Positions 25,621 through 42,654 of a stretch of DNA of 64,000 bases are shown here, piece by piece. The DNA is from Octopus bimaculoides. Its lineage: Eukaryota. Numbering within the stretch: position 1 is the stretch's first letter; each line of letters begins with the position of its first letter. The notes under the pieces are model-generated. The model saw nothing but the letters and a program-made list of their open reading frames with translations, was not told where the DNA came from and ran no database searches. The position numbers and the translations under genes are program-made. The DNA is taken from the NCBI RefSeq assembly GCF_001194135.2, contig NC_069002.1, positions 1,591,065 through 1,655,064 of the forward strand, written 5' to 3'.

Positions 25621-26925
25621 GGAAATTCTCCATTATGGTAAAAGTTGTAAAAATGTCTTATCTGTCCAGTGTTGCCCTCTGTCGGATATCGAAACGCAGC
25701 GTTATCACTGGGAATGTGTATATATAAATACGTGCGTACATACGTACAAACGTATGTATGTATGTATGTGTATATGTATGTATGTGTGCATGTGTGTATG
25801 TATGTATGTGTGTGTATGATGGAGAGGGAAGAGCGAAAGTCCACGGCGATGCAATTTGGATCACAAGAAACTTGGGCCAAAATAGGACCTGCCAAACTAA
25901 AAGATTGCATGACATGAATTTTTGAACGTGGAGCTTTTCGCATCTCGTTCTTTCTCCAAAAAGTGTATTCTAACACTGTTTTAACAACAAACCTACAGAT
26001 GCAAGAATGAAAGAGGATCCATTGAATAGGGCATACAGTCAATGATGCACATGGTTACGCCTACACACAAGAATCATGGCCAGAGGAGATCCAGTTAGGT
26101 GTCTTGGTGAGGTCCTGCGAGCAATGGCCGGCATATTAGAGCGAGAAAAACGGAAAACAGGTACCGGACTCAGGTGAAAAGAGACGAAATCATCGAAGTC
26201 ATTAAAGGTGAGGGGAAAATCATCTTCTCGTAAAAGACCACGAACTGTACCAGACACTGAACACAAGGAGGGTGGAGGTTGGGAAAGACAAATAAACCCC
26301 ACCACCACCAAAAAAAGATATCCATTCTGCTGTAATTTTCTATATTCTTGTGCATTAATGTAATGCTCGCATTACTTAAATAAATGGAGTAGCATGAAAC
26401 GAGCGTACTACAATAACCTTTAAAATCCGTGTTGCTTTTACTGATTTTTGATCACCTTGTTTTTGGAATTGTTTTGGATAATACCATACTATATTCTGGT
26501 GCCTAAACGTAAGTACCACATTCAATTTCGAATCTAAATCTTTTACATATATATACATACATACATACATATATATACTACTTCCATGCCCTCTATTTCT
26601 CTACGTCTTTGAGTGTCTCTTCTTTGCGGTTTCCTTACAAAGTGTTTCACTAAAATTAGCTGATGAGGTTTAATACCATAGAAACATGATCTTTGCTGTC
26701 TCTCGTACTATTAAATATCAATTTCATTCCCAGTCCGCACTGCATTCTATATCTAATTAACCTAAATAAAGCCTTGTCTACCGTGTTTTCTAGGACAACA
26801 TTAGTCACTGGGATAATTATTTGTCAACATCACTAAGAGCGGAATTTTAATCAATTAAAATACCTCGGTTCGCTATTAAGCACCCAGCTGCGATAGTTTG
26901 CTGGTAAACTGAAGTAGCCTAACAG

Positions 26926-26977
26926 TAGCCAATCAAAATGTCAGTGTTATATACTCAGTCATGCAATCGACCAATCA
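26926..26977 (+). promoter_or_regulatory. Paired CCAAT (NF-Y) boxes, MEAF6 proximal promoter
   Basis: AGCCAATCA (CCAAT 26929-26933) and GACCAATCA (26971-26975), 42 bp apart, about 50-90 bp upstream of the ATG. Confidence 0.55.
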
Positions 26978-27021
26978 GAATCGTCGTACTAAACACGCTG
27001 TCGTTGTTTTTCTCTCTAAAC

Positions 27022-31052
<4,031 letters not shown>

Positions 31053-31730
31053 ATAACGGCCCTTTTCTCTTCTTTTGCGCCATGGGTCCTTCGCCATCTA
31101 GGATGTATGTCTGCCCTTACTTTTTAGAGCATAAGGAGTGATTAGACTGACTCCCTCCAAATATTTACTTTATCAACTATGGAAGGATGAAAGGCAAAAT
31201 GGATTTGGATAGGATTCTTATATAATACATGATTAATTCAAAACAATGTGGATAAGCAAGCATTACATTTTAACAGGGTTATCTAAATGTTAAAGGAACA
31301 AAGAACCCACTGGTCATACCCATTCCCCTCTAAGTTACTGGTTTTGTGCCTAATTAGAAACAATTGTTTTTGTTGCTATATTCTAAGATTAATCTGATTT
31401 CTGCCTTTTTCTTTCAGAATGGAAGCTAAACTACGCAAAGCCAAAGAGGTGAGTTTATGACAGTTTCCTTTCTCAGAGTCATTGGGTTGTTGGAATATTT
31501 CCTGAATTCTGAATATATATGTATATAGTTTGATATGGTTTATTTTTGTATTTTCAGGGTGCTGAATGATTAGAGATTGATCAGTATTGAACTTTATGGG
31601 AAGAAGATGGAGAAGAAATGTGGGAAAGAAAAGGGGATTACCTGTTTTAAAAAAAACATTTTGGACACTGTTAAATATTGGAGCAAGCCTGAGGAATGTT
31701 ATGTATGTGTGTGTGTATCCATACATATAC

Positions 31731-31806
<76 letters not shown>

Positions 31807-32824
31807 GTATATATATATAGTCACACACACACACACACATAATCAATAGCGATTTGCTCTACGTCATCATCCTGAGGTACATGTACCCAAGAGATGTTTG
31901 GTACTTGCTTGTGAAACTTTCAACCAGAATCCAGTGCAAGCCAAACTAAACACGATCTAACCCAACCGAATACAGCACCGAACAACTGCCCCACCAACAT
32001 CTCAAAATAACAAAGATAAACAATATCCCAAGGGAAACATACATGCATACACACACATATATATATATATACATGTTTATATATATATATATATATATAT
32101 GTACAGGTGTGTGTGTGTGTATGTATATGTTTATGTTTGTATACATGTGTGCAGAAGACTGTTGTTTCTAGAGTCGTTGCCATTCCCTGCTGATAATCTT
32201 CCTTCATTCAAGTCACAAAAATACGGTAAAAATATATCAAAATTAAGAAGAAAAAAAATCCACTAAAACAGGCATCTCAATGTTTGGTAAATACAAACAC
32301 TCATATACATTACATATGTATACATACATCTATATATGTACATACACATTCATATATAATATGTATATATAAATACGCACACACGTATATATATATATAT
32401 ATATATATACACACTTAATATACATGTGTAGATGTGCATACACATGTAATTACTTTAAAAATTTTTTAATTGTAAATATTTTCACCATTCCTTCCTTTTT
32501 TTTAATTGTTTCTTTTTGTCCTATTTTTTTGCCAATAAATTTTTTGGCCGTGGAATATTGTTCTGCTTTTGTTTTTCTCAATGCAACAATTTTTGTTATT
32601 TTCATCATTAATATTGATTAAGGCAGCAAGCTTAACCACACTGCTAAGCTTTGGTCAAAATGATAAAAAAAGAAAAAAATTACAAAATGGTATCAAAAAG
32701 CAAAATAAAAAAGATTAAAGTTTATTTTTTAATAATTTATTTAATTATTAATTATTAATTTTATTAATCAACCAATTACTTCTCTTCAACGACCAGTACA
32801 TCTCAACATTTTAATAGTAGGTGA

Positions 32825-33059
32825 CTATCTTCTTGTTGTGACGTAGGGTGGTGGGCGCCGGAAAGGAGCTGAATTTGGATTCTCTGGGAAGTTCATTCCA
32901 ACATGGAGAGTATTATTAAGTGATGTTATTATGCGGATAGCCATGTAATGCAGGAACTCTTCCTTAGTGTAATTAAGGCCTTCAGGTGACATGACATTTT
33001 GGAGGGATTCTGCTTCTTTCTGATATTGTATAAGGATGGCACTGGCCTCTGACTCAGCT
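32825..33059 (-). CDS. Duplicated distal last exon of the SPFH gene (candidate alternative terminal exon)
   Basis: Intact acceptor (ttgttgttcttcag|agctgag) in the same phase 2 as exon 35767-35992. Open 77-codon frame AESEASAILIQYQKEAESLQNVMSPEGLNYTKEEFLHYMAIRII..., 51/62 aa identical to the proximal copy, with its own stop and a downstream AATAAA (minus) at 32722-32727. Confidence 0.65.
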
Positions 33060-33699
33060 CTGAAGAACAACAAAAGGAAGGATATTGGTGAGAATTTGAT
33101 GGTGGTGGGCAAGGCAGTATTAGTAATAGCAAAGCGGTGGTAGTAGTGATGATTGTGGTGGTGGTGATGGTAGTAGTTGTAGTAACAGATAAAAGAAGTG
33201 GTTGTAACAGATGTAGTCAAGGTAGTTGTGAGAATGAAGACTGGACACACATATCTATGTGTATAAAATGTGTGCATGTATGTCTTCCCGTTCTGATATT
33301 GCTAGATTGTAGTAAACGAGCATCCCTGTCATACAAGCAGTGCCATTCGTTTCCAAAGTTCTGCAAAAACTTGTCTAGCCATGGAGGGGAATATATCACC
33401 TTGCTTGAAAACAGGTGAGGGTTGATGACATGAAAGGCATCCAGCCATAGAAAATCTGCTTTACGAAAACCCATCCATCCATGCAAACATAGAGAAGCTG
33501 GCATAAAGATGATGATGGTAATCTTCACTACTTCTGGCAGAATTTCTTTGAGATCTCTCACAGAAACTAAGGTTCAAAAGGAACTCTGATTGGGAAACAC
33601 TCTCCTTATTTCTACTCTAGGCACAAGGCCTTGAAAATTTTGGGGGGAAGGGGGCCAGTCGCTTACATTAACCCCAGCATGTAACTGGTACTTATTTCA

Positions 33700-34527
33700 T
33701 GATTCCTTTGTTATTGCTTGGTTTGGGTTTAAAAGGTCAGAGTAGACTAAACCTTTCATATCCCACCAAACAAATAACAACACCTTACATGGGTGAAGAC
33801 CTTCTTTAGCCTGGGGTGCTGGTGTTTCTCCTTTCTCTACCCACTGTCTTCACTGCTTGACATTTTTATAGAGAACTCACTTCTCGTCACCAGTCATTAT
33901 TCGGTCAAAAAATGGTTCATTTGTGAGACATGACAGCAAAGAAGAGCACATATTCACTCTCTGTGCGCGATTAGATTTGGAAAGTTTGTGAAGAACCCAT
34001 TGTCCCAGTTTGCTGACTTTTCTGATGGTACCTAAGAGTCGATGAATGGTTAAATGATTGAATCCAAGCTTCTCTGCTAGTTCCTTAACATTTATGGTGG
34101 GATTTTGTTTCACCAGGGTTTGCAGGGCATCTTTGTTGAGCTCTACAGACCTTCCAGGACAAGGCTCATCTTCTAGGCTGTAGTTTTTGGCTCGGAATTT
34201 CTGGAGCCACCATTGACGCTGGCTTACTCTTGTCTGATCCCCATTTACTGCATTAATATTCCTCACACTTTCCATTGCGCTGTTGCTTTTATTGAATTCA
34301 TAAAACAAAATATGCCAAATATATTCCTTAGTCACTTCCATTAAAATTTTGAAAAAATAACTGTTAAAATCAAACTGCACTCTTCAAAACTTGCACTAAG
34401 AATAATTACAAGGCAAAATTACTACCTGTTTTTATAGCAAGTTGATGCATGCAGTTTCACCTGTACCCCTCTGACTTTTAGTTCATGCAATTGAAAAAAA
34501 CCACATTGTTAATGGGATGATCCAGTA
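33700..34527 (-). mobile_element. Truncated, dead Tc1/mariner (mariner) transposon: 5' TIR plus N-terminal half of transposase
   Basis: Minus strand reads TA + tactggatcatcccattaacaatgtgg (TIR-like end). ORF MEVTKEYIWHILFYEFNK..GRSVEL..QWVLHKLS..RIMTGDEK-stop (normally W), then VLYKNVK..GLHPCKVLLFVWWDMKG. Cut by a SINE near 33700. Confidence 0.9.
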
Positions 34528-35655
34528 TAGATATATATATATATATATATATATAGCACTTGACCTTTTATATGGCTTCTAAATATCTGGAATTTCTAGA
34601 AATCTGGAAATATCATGCAATTCCATGCAAATATACTGTATCTTGTATTTAGTAAAAAAAAAATTGTTTTTGAAGTGGATTGATAGAGATTAAAGATTGT
34701 CTATTTTTGAATTACATTAATTTGTGCCTGCATCAGTCAACTAAAATCATGCTCTTTATTTTTCTTCATTCAATTTTCACTCATTAACCATTCTGCTATT
34801 TGCATGGAAAAGTGTGTTATATATTTTACAAAATTTTAAGTGAATTAATTATATCAAACAGTTTCTGCTTTAAAAAAACGTATTAATTTCAATCTGTTAA
34901 ATACAACTTTTCAAAATTTTTTATTTTCCATAATTTATTTTGTATTCTAGGTATGTACTTAGACTGTCCTCTGACAACCAGAAAATCCAAATATCTGGGA
35001 TACCTCTAGTCCCAGGCTTCCTGGATTGTTTGCCTGGTACTGTACATGCACATGCGCGCACGCACGCACACACACACACACATGCATGACGGGTTTCTTT
35101 CAGTTTCCATTTACCAAAGACACTCACATGGATTTGGTTGTCCTGAGACTATAGAAGACTCTTCCCCCAAGGTGCCACACAGCAGGATTGAATATTCAGC
35201 CATGAGTTTGCAAAGCAAGTTTCTTACCACAAGGCCATGTTAGCACCTATAAGCGTATATTCACAAATACAAACCCATGGCAGCATTAAAACCAGATGTT
35301 GCTGTTGTTAATGATGATGTCGATGGTGATGACAGCAACGATGACAATGATGGTGATGATGAAACGCACATGCATATATATAAATGCACACAAAAACATA
35401 TTATGCACATACATATACTGGGTTTCCTGCAGTTTCTATTTACCAAATTCTCTCAAGTTATTGGTTGTCCTGGGGGGGGGGGTCAAAGAAGACATTAGCC
35501 CAAAGTGCCATGCAGTAGGACTCGCAACCACATGAGTGTGAAGCAAGACTTCTTAAGCACATGGCCAAACCTGCCCCATGATGGCAAATAAATAATTTAA
35601 AATAAAATAAAATAAAATAATGTAATCAAAAAATTTTTTAATAATTAGAGTAAAA

Positions 35656-35661
35656 TTTATT
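35656..35661 (-). terminator. Probable poly(A) signal after proximal SPFH last exon
   Basis: AATAAA on minus ~105 nt after stop 35767. The region is AT-rich, so a chance match is possible. Confidence 0.35.
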
Positions 35662-35766
35662 TAATTTCTTATAAATTTCATGGTAATTAATAGTTTAATT
35701 AACTAACCAATTATTTCTCCTCTACAACCAGTATGCCTCAATATTTTAATCATAAGAGACTATTTT

Positions 35767-37757
35767 TTATTGTATTGGAGGTGGTAGGACCCTAAACGGA
35801 ATCAAATTTGGATTTTCTGGCAGATTCATTCCAACATGGAGAGGACTGTTAAGTGATGAGATTATGCGGATAGCCATATATTGCAGGAACCCTTCGTTAG
35901 TGTAATTAAGGCCTTCAGATGACAAGACATTTTGGAGAGATTCTGCTTCTTTCTGATATTGTATAATGATGGCACTGGCCTCTGCCTCAGCTCTGAAGAA
36001 CAACAAAAAGAAGGATATTGATCAGAATTTGATGGTGGTGGTGGTGGTGCTGCTGCTGAAAGTCATATTAGTATTAGTACCAGCGGGGAAGGTAAGGTTG
36101 TGTCAGTGATTGTGGAGGTGGCAGTGGTGAAATCAGTAGTAGTAGTAGCAGTAGTAATAAACAACAACAACAACAGCAATGAGTGATGATGGCAACAATG
36201 ACAATAAAGATAATGATGACAACAAAATGATAATAAAAATGATGATGACGATGACGACAATAACAAAGATGATGATGATGTTGACAGCAACAATAAAGAT
36301 GATGATGACAAAGATGTTGACAACAACAATGACGACGATAAAGCTAACAAAGATGATGACTGCTGACGATGAAGATGACTACAATAATGAAAGTGCTGAT
36401 TATAGTGACATTGGTGATGACGATGACAAGAGTAATAACAATGACGAAGATGATGATGACAGTGATGGGACACGACAGTAATGTTAGTAGTAGTAGTAGT
36501 AGTAACAGTAATAGCTGCAGGAGCAGCAGTTGTTTTGTGTGAAGCTCTTACTGTTTCTTCTTGATTCTTGCCCTCGACCTGGCTTTCTCCAAAGTGATAT
36601 TAGAAACGGCTATTGCTTCTTTCATTTTTGTTTCCGCTTCAATCAACTGTTTCGGTCGTTCTTGTTTGGCCACCTGGAATAACAGAGAGAAATGAGGAGG
36701 AGCAAGTCGCAATCCAAGTATAAAGATAGGCTTAACAAGTTCACTTCCCAGCCATGCAGGGTCCAGGTGCGATTCCACTGTGAAGCACAAACGAGTCAAG
36801 TTCCTGTGTATAAACATGTATATATATGTGTGTGTGTGTATATATATAATAATAAGCAATTATTAACTTTCCAATCTCCATTTTCTTTTTCTTCTTTTAT
36901 ATGAATATAAACTATGTTTTTATATATACACCTATTATTTTAAGGAAATTAATTATTATTATTTACAGGATTGTAAAACACGGCGCCGTATATAAAAAAA
37001 ACCATTAGCACCAAAAATATTCACATGAAAAACAGTGGAATTTCATTTACCAATATATCTTCTCTCGCTCTTTCTTTCTCCCGAATGGCTTTTTCATATG
37101 GTTTAGGACGTCTGATGTTGTTGACCTGGAATGAGAGGAGGGGAAAATATTGATTCTCTTATTTGTTTCAGTCATTTGACTGTGGCCATACTGGGGCACC
37201 ACCNNNNNNNNNNNNNNNNNNNNNNNNNNNNNNNNNNNNNNNNNNNNNNNNNNNNNNNNNNNNNNNNNNNNNNNNNNNNNNNNNNNNNNNNNNNNNNNNN
37301 NNNNNNNNNNNNNNNNNNNNNNNNNNNNNNNNNNNNNNNNNNNNNNNNNNNNNNNNNNNNNNNNNNNNNNNNNNNNNNNNNNNNNNNNNNNNNNNNNNNN
37401 NNNNNNNNNNNNNNNNNNNNNNNNNNNNNNNNNNNNNNNNNNNNNNNNNNNNNNNNNNNNNNNNNNNNNNNNNNNNNNNNNNNNNNNNNNNNNNNNNNNN
37501 NNNNNNNNNNNNNNNNNNNNNNNNNNNNNNNNNNNNNNNNNNNNNNNNNNNNNNNNNNNNNNNNNNNNNNNNNNNNNNNNNNNNNNNNNNNNNNNNNNNN
37601 NNNNNNNNNNNNNNNNNNNNNNNNNNNNNNNNNNNNNNNNNNNNNNNNNNNNNNNNNNNNNNNNNNNNNNNNTATATATATATATATATGGATCATGAAA
37701 CGAATGGTTTACACCTGGTAGCTTCTCATATATTCCATCTTCTGTCTTTCATTTGCC

Positions 37758-37814
<57 letters not shown>

Positions 37815-38436
37815 ATCACTCCAAAGAAGTCAACTGATGAACTAAGTAATTAAAACACATGGAAACTTAATTGCAATCAGTTTAGTTTTAAATGATAGAA
37901 ATTAATTAATTATAAGCAGCACCATCACAGCTGCTACGCTGTCACCACTGCCAGTACCAACACCTAGACCATTGCTATAGTAACACCACCACAACCACCA
38001 GCACCACCACCAACATCAATGCCACTGCTACCATCACATGACTATTACCGTTGCTAGTATCACTACGTCCCCTTAAGATTATTATCACCAAAACAACCAC
38101 CACCATCACCACCATTATCACTAACATCATCACCACCACTACCACCACAACCTACTACAATTACCACTAAAACTGCAACTACAATTACCACTAAAACTGC
38201 AACTACAACTACTACTACTACTACCAGCACCACTCCTACTGCTACTTGTACATTGCTTACCTGCATACTGTAGCACCCTTTTCAATCCTTCGAAGTCCTT
38301 AAACTCTTTGATGACTTTCTTCATTGAATGAAGCTGGATTTTGAATTGGCAGGAAACATCCAAAATAATACGAACTCCATTCTGGTTCAGACACTGAGAG
38401 AAGAGGCACAGACGAAAAGAAAATACAGTAAATGTT

Positions 38437-38467
<31 letters not shown>

Positions 38468-38553
38468 GATGTGTGTGTGTATATATATATGTATATATAT
38501 ATATATNNNNNNNNNNNNNNNNNNNNNNNNNNNNNNATATATGTGTGTGTGTG

Positions 38554-38600
<47 letters not shown>

Positions 38601-40086
38601 AAAGAATATATAGATATGTATAAGAATATATATTTATAAAAGAATACACACACACACACACACACACACATATATTTTGGACCATCAAGCCCCCAGAAAC
38701 ATGGCAGGTATATTCCCGCCTGGACGGGACGCCGGAAAGAATGAGATTAAGAAGAGAGAGCGAGAGAGGGAATGAGTGAGAAGGAGAGTGAGAGGGAAAG
38801 ATAGAAAGAAAGAGAGAGAGAGAAGTGAGACAGTGGGTAGTGTTTCTATGTAGAAATAAAATAAGGAACTTACCATTATGCCATTGAAGGTCTTGGTTTG
38901 GTAAACATTAGGGAATATGATAAAACTGAAACCAGGGGGTCCAAGATGAAGTCCTTCAAACTTTGGATTGTCATGGAGTTTTTTGGTAATTTTGTTGTAG
39001 ATGAGACCAACTAGACAAGAAAAAGACATATAATTACAATTTTAAGACCAAATTCTTAGTAAGTAGGAAGACAGACAAATCACAAACCCCTTCAGGTAAA
39101 TGACCGTGCTCAATTTGTAGAAAAGGCGTAGGTAGAAACTCCATAAGATGCACCCAGTGTAAGCTTTGGACACATAAAAGGTGCAACAATATCAGAGGAA
39201 GGTTAACAGGGAAATTAGCTTTTGTGTGTGGAAACACAGGTACAATAAATGCTGAAAATGTGTAGAAAATAGACTTCGTCAACTACCAGCGTGGCAAGCT
39301 AGAAGTAGCAGATAGCTTCCGTTATCTAGGTGACCAAGTTGAGTATGAGTGCATGTGTATGTGTGTGTGAGTGAAGGAGAGAAGGGGAGATCATTGTATA
39401 TCAGTAAAAAAAAGAAAAAATCCACTCTTTGTAAACGAAGTCCTTTGTGATATTTGTTCTGCATAGTTTTACAGACACTCCCTTATTACTCTTACTGTCA
39501 GAAACAGTTGGGCAGTTGGATTCCTGTAGCTAATGACGATATATATCTTTCATCTTTCACTTTTTATCTTTTACTTGTTTCAATCAATAGACTGTGGCCA
39601 TGCTGGGGCACCGCCTTGAGGAATTTTAGTCGAATGAATCGACCCCGGTATTTATTGTCCTTTCTAAGCCTGGTACTTATTCTATCAGTTTCTTTTGCTG
39701 AACCTGTAGGTTACGGGGATGTAAACACACCAACACCGGTTTTCAAGTGGTGGTAGGGGACAAATATAAAGACACACGCACACACTCACATACAGACACA
39801 TACACACACACACACACACAGACAGACGCGCGCGCGCGCAAGCACACACACATATATGGAGCTAAGGTAGAAGACGCTTGTCCAAAGTGTCACGCAACGC
39901 AACGGAACCCAGAACCGTGTGGTTGAGAAACATACTTCTTGGCACACTGCCGCGCCCATAATTACAAATGTGCTCTGAATTACCTTCATATGTCTGCAAT
40001 TTCTTCATGGAAGTGGCCAAAAGTGTTGCGATTATGGCCACCGCCATTACCGCACCAATACACAGCGCTATTGCTTTTGGAGACAT
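35767..40086 (-). CDS. SPFH/Band-7 (prohibitin-homology) domain membrane protein, isoform using proximal last exon; one internal exon missing in gap
   Basis: Exons (minus): 39984-40086 (MSPKAIALCIGAVMAVAIIATLLATS, hydrophobic anchor), 38874-39010 (GLIYNKITKKLH..GLHLGPPGFSFIIFP), 38261-38393 (CLNQNGVRIILDVSCQF), [missing, needs phase 1 to 0], 37051-37125 (VNNIRRPKPYEKAIREKERAREDIL), 36552-36673 (VAKQERPKQLIEAE), 35767-35992 (AEAEASAII..stop). The layout of N-terminal TM, Band-7 core and Ala/Glu-rich coiled coil is typical of SPFH proteins. Confidence 0.8.
39575..39960 (-). mobile_element. SINE family B copy in SPFH intron
   Basis: gactgtggccatgctggggcaccgcc..cttattctatc..acggggatgtaaacacaccaacacc in reverse orientation. 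Confidence 0.72.
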
Positions 40087-40836
40087 TCTCGAGTGTAGAA
40101 CCTGCAAATAGAGAAATAATGAATGAAATGTTGAACAGACAGAAAGATCGATATATTACGATATTGTGTAACACGATTTTTGTCCGTGGGTAGCAACTGT
40201 TTAATTCCTATTTGCTTACCCCTAGAAAGTATCGTGGCTTAATGATTAGGATGTTGGACACATGATCATAAGATTGTGGTTTCGACTCCGGGACCGGGTG
40301 ATGCATTGTGTTCTTGGGCAAAACACTCCATTTCCCGTTCTTCCAGTCCACTCAGCTGGCAAAAATGAATAACCATGCGAAGGACTGGAAACCGGGAAAT
40401 TGGCCCCCATGAGTCGGCATGACTAAAGTAGGTAACTTTGCCTTTTTTTACCTTTACTTTTCCTTTTGGAGGAGAGGCCCTTGGTTGCCAACAAAGCTAG
40501 ATCTCTGAACTTTGCCCAGCTTCTTCTTATTCTTGCAGCTATGCTCTCGGAGCATCCACCTCCACTGCTGACCTGGTCACCCAGATGACGGAAGCTGTCA
40601 ACTAGTATCCTCGCCCCGCCACAGGCATTTTACTATAGATTTCTTGTGTTTATTCTACCTATACATCTGCCTCACACAAAAACTACTTCCTCTGTTAACC
40701 GTCCAGAGCGATAACCAGGCTTAATTAATCAAAGCTATTCAATTCACTCCACGAGAGGAACTTTCATATACGCTATTAAGTGGGGGTAGATATTTCCACT
40801 TGACAGATGCTACACTCTCAGGATAGAACAGAATTA

Positions 40837-41410
40837 GGATCTATTTTAAAACGGGGGCCACATTTTTCATTAATGTTTTACGTAGTGTTTTTGGTACGGA
40901 AAGACTTTCAAACTTTATATACTTATCTATTTTGTGTTATAGAACAGAAAAATATTTTTGTATTCGAATTTATTTCATGTAAAAAATTGTCTTATTTCGA
41001 TAATTTCAACCAATCACTGACAAGTATTCAGTTGTTTATATTTACTCCTTTGGCTGATTAAGCGATGTAAAGCGTATTTAATCTCCATACCTTCGTTTTA
41101 TTTGCTTTTTTCATTTTAAATTTGCTTTAACCCTAACCCTAACCCTAACCCTAAGGTTAGGGTTAGGGTTAATTGTTTCAGAATCGTTTGTTTATGTAGT
41201 CGGCACTTAATGTATATCGGCTGAATGGACGTCAGTGATTGGTTGAAATTACAGAAATACGAAAACTTTAACATGGAATAACTTATGGATTTCTTTTTTT
41301 TTAAAGAAGACTAAGAGAAAAAGATGTTTTATATGACACATTCTACCAGTGTTCCAAGTTTCAAAGTGTTTCGTTAATGAAAAATGTGGGCCCCGTTTTA
41401 AAAAAGATCC
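40837..41410. mobile_element. Non-autonomous foldback DNA transposon (MITE), 574 bp, 8-bp TSD CAGAATTA, central telomeric repeats
   Basis: TIRs ggatctattttaaaacgggggccacatttttcattaa / ttaatgaaaaatgtgggccccgttttaaaaaagatcc. Direct repeat CAGAATTA at 40829-40836 and 41411-41418. Internal inverted match aatttcaaccaatcactgac / gtcagtgattggttgaaatt. Confidence 0.88.
41128..41171. repeat. Interstitial telomeric repeats in head-to-head orientation, (TAACCC)4 then GG(TTAGGG)2TTA
   Basis: Directly read: taaccctaaccctaaccctaaccctaaggttagggttagggtta. Confidence 0.9.
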
Positions 41411-42654
41411 CAGAATTAAGCATAATGGTTATTTAGGAGTAATTCCATACTCTCGAGCTGGAGCCTCATCACCGGATGCAATTGAATGTTTTATCCGAGA
41501 TAAATACACGCATGCGTACACACAATCACAGACACACTCACACTCGCTCCCCGCTCTCTCTCTCTCTCTTATTAGGAAATCTAAGTTTAGTCTCAACTGT
41601 AATCACATACATTCCTCGTTTATGTTACCTGGATTTGTATTTTGGCGAAATGCCAAAGGCATATTCTCATTTAGTCAAGGTATCACTGAAGATAATGGTA
41701 TTTCCTTACGTTGGCACCAAGCCAGATATTGTGAGAGAAGGAAGCAGTGGGAACTGGAGTGCAGTTAATGATGTTGTTGTTGTTGTTGTTGTTGTTCAGT
41801 AACCAGGACGGTGAAATGGCAGAGTCGTTAGAGCATCAGATGAAATACCTTGCGGTATTTATTTAATTCTGAGTTCAAATTTCGTCAAGGTAAAAATTTG
41901 TCGTTCGTCCTTAAAGGGTTGATAAATAAATTGCTAGTCTGGGTGTCTGACTTGGCCAGAATACTGGCGAACGGGAGATGCCTTGTAAACTGTGTTCTAG
42001 TTCCTTGAGTTCTGTGTTCGAATTCAACCGTGACCTACATACAGGACAGGATTTATATATGGACCAATATGAGCTATGGCTCAGAAACCTGCAAGCTAGT
42101 GGAGAGGGAGAAGGGGAGGGGCCTTTAACTTAGAGAAGCCTAAAGCTTGGAATTAAAAATTCAAAAGTATATTTACAGCAATCAAATAATTTGTAATTTT
42201 GTTTTTTACTTGCTTATATTTTTTTAAATCCAACAGAGTTCTTTTCAAATTATGGAGCGCCCTCTCTGGATTTATTGGACCCTTTCAGATTTAAAAAGTC
42301 GTTAAATTTAACTGAGTCCCTCTGAATTTGCTGAAGCCCTTTAAAATTTTGGGACCTCTTCAAACTGTTTTGGCCCCCTAGATTTATTATCTTAAGTTTT
42401 GAATTAGCAAAATCGTTGGCGGGGGTGAAAGGTCCAAAACTTATTGGCCCAGGGGCCCCAAAAGCATATTTGCCCGGGGACCCATCTAAGTTTCAATCTG
42501 ACCCTCCTACCTGTATCTGTATGTGTAGATATTAGATACATATGTTTCTGGTGATACATATCACCACCAAGCAGCGTTTAGATATAAACAGTTGAAATAT
42601 GTCATAAACATATATTTAGTAACCTAAATTTCATATACATACATACATACATAC

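Noticed and set aside
41128-41171. Telomere fusion scar or chromosome end
   Set aside because: Only about 7 units, embedded in an element with TIRs and an 8-bp TSD, so better explained as transposon cargo.
42040-42510. Possible DNA transposon with GGCCC-rich subterminal repeats (similar patch at 53525-53640)
   Set aside because: Termini are too degenerate to define TIRs or a TSD by eye, so it was not called as a feature.
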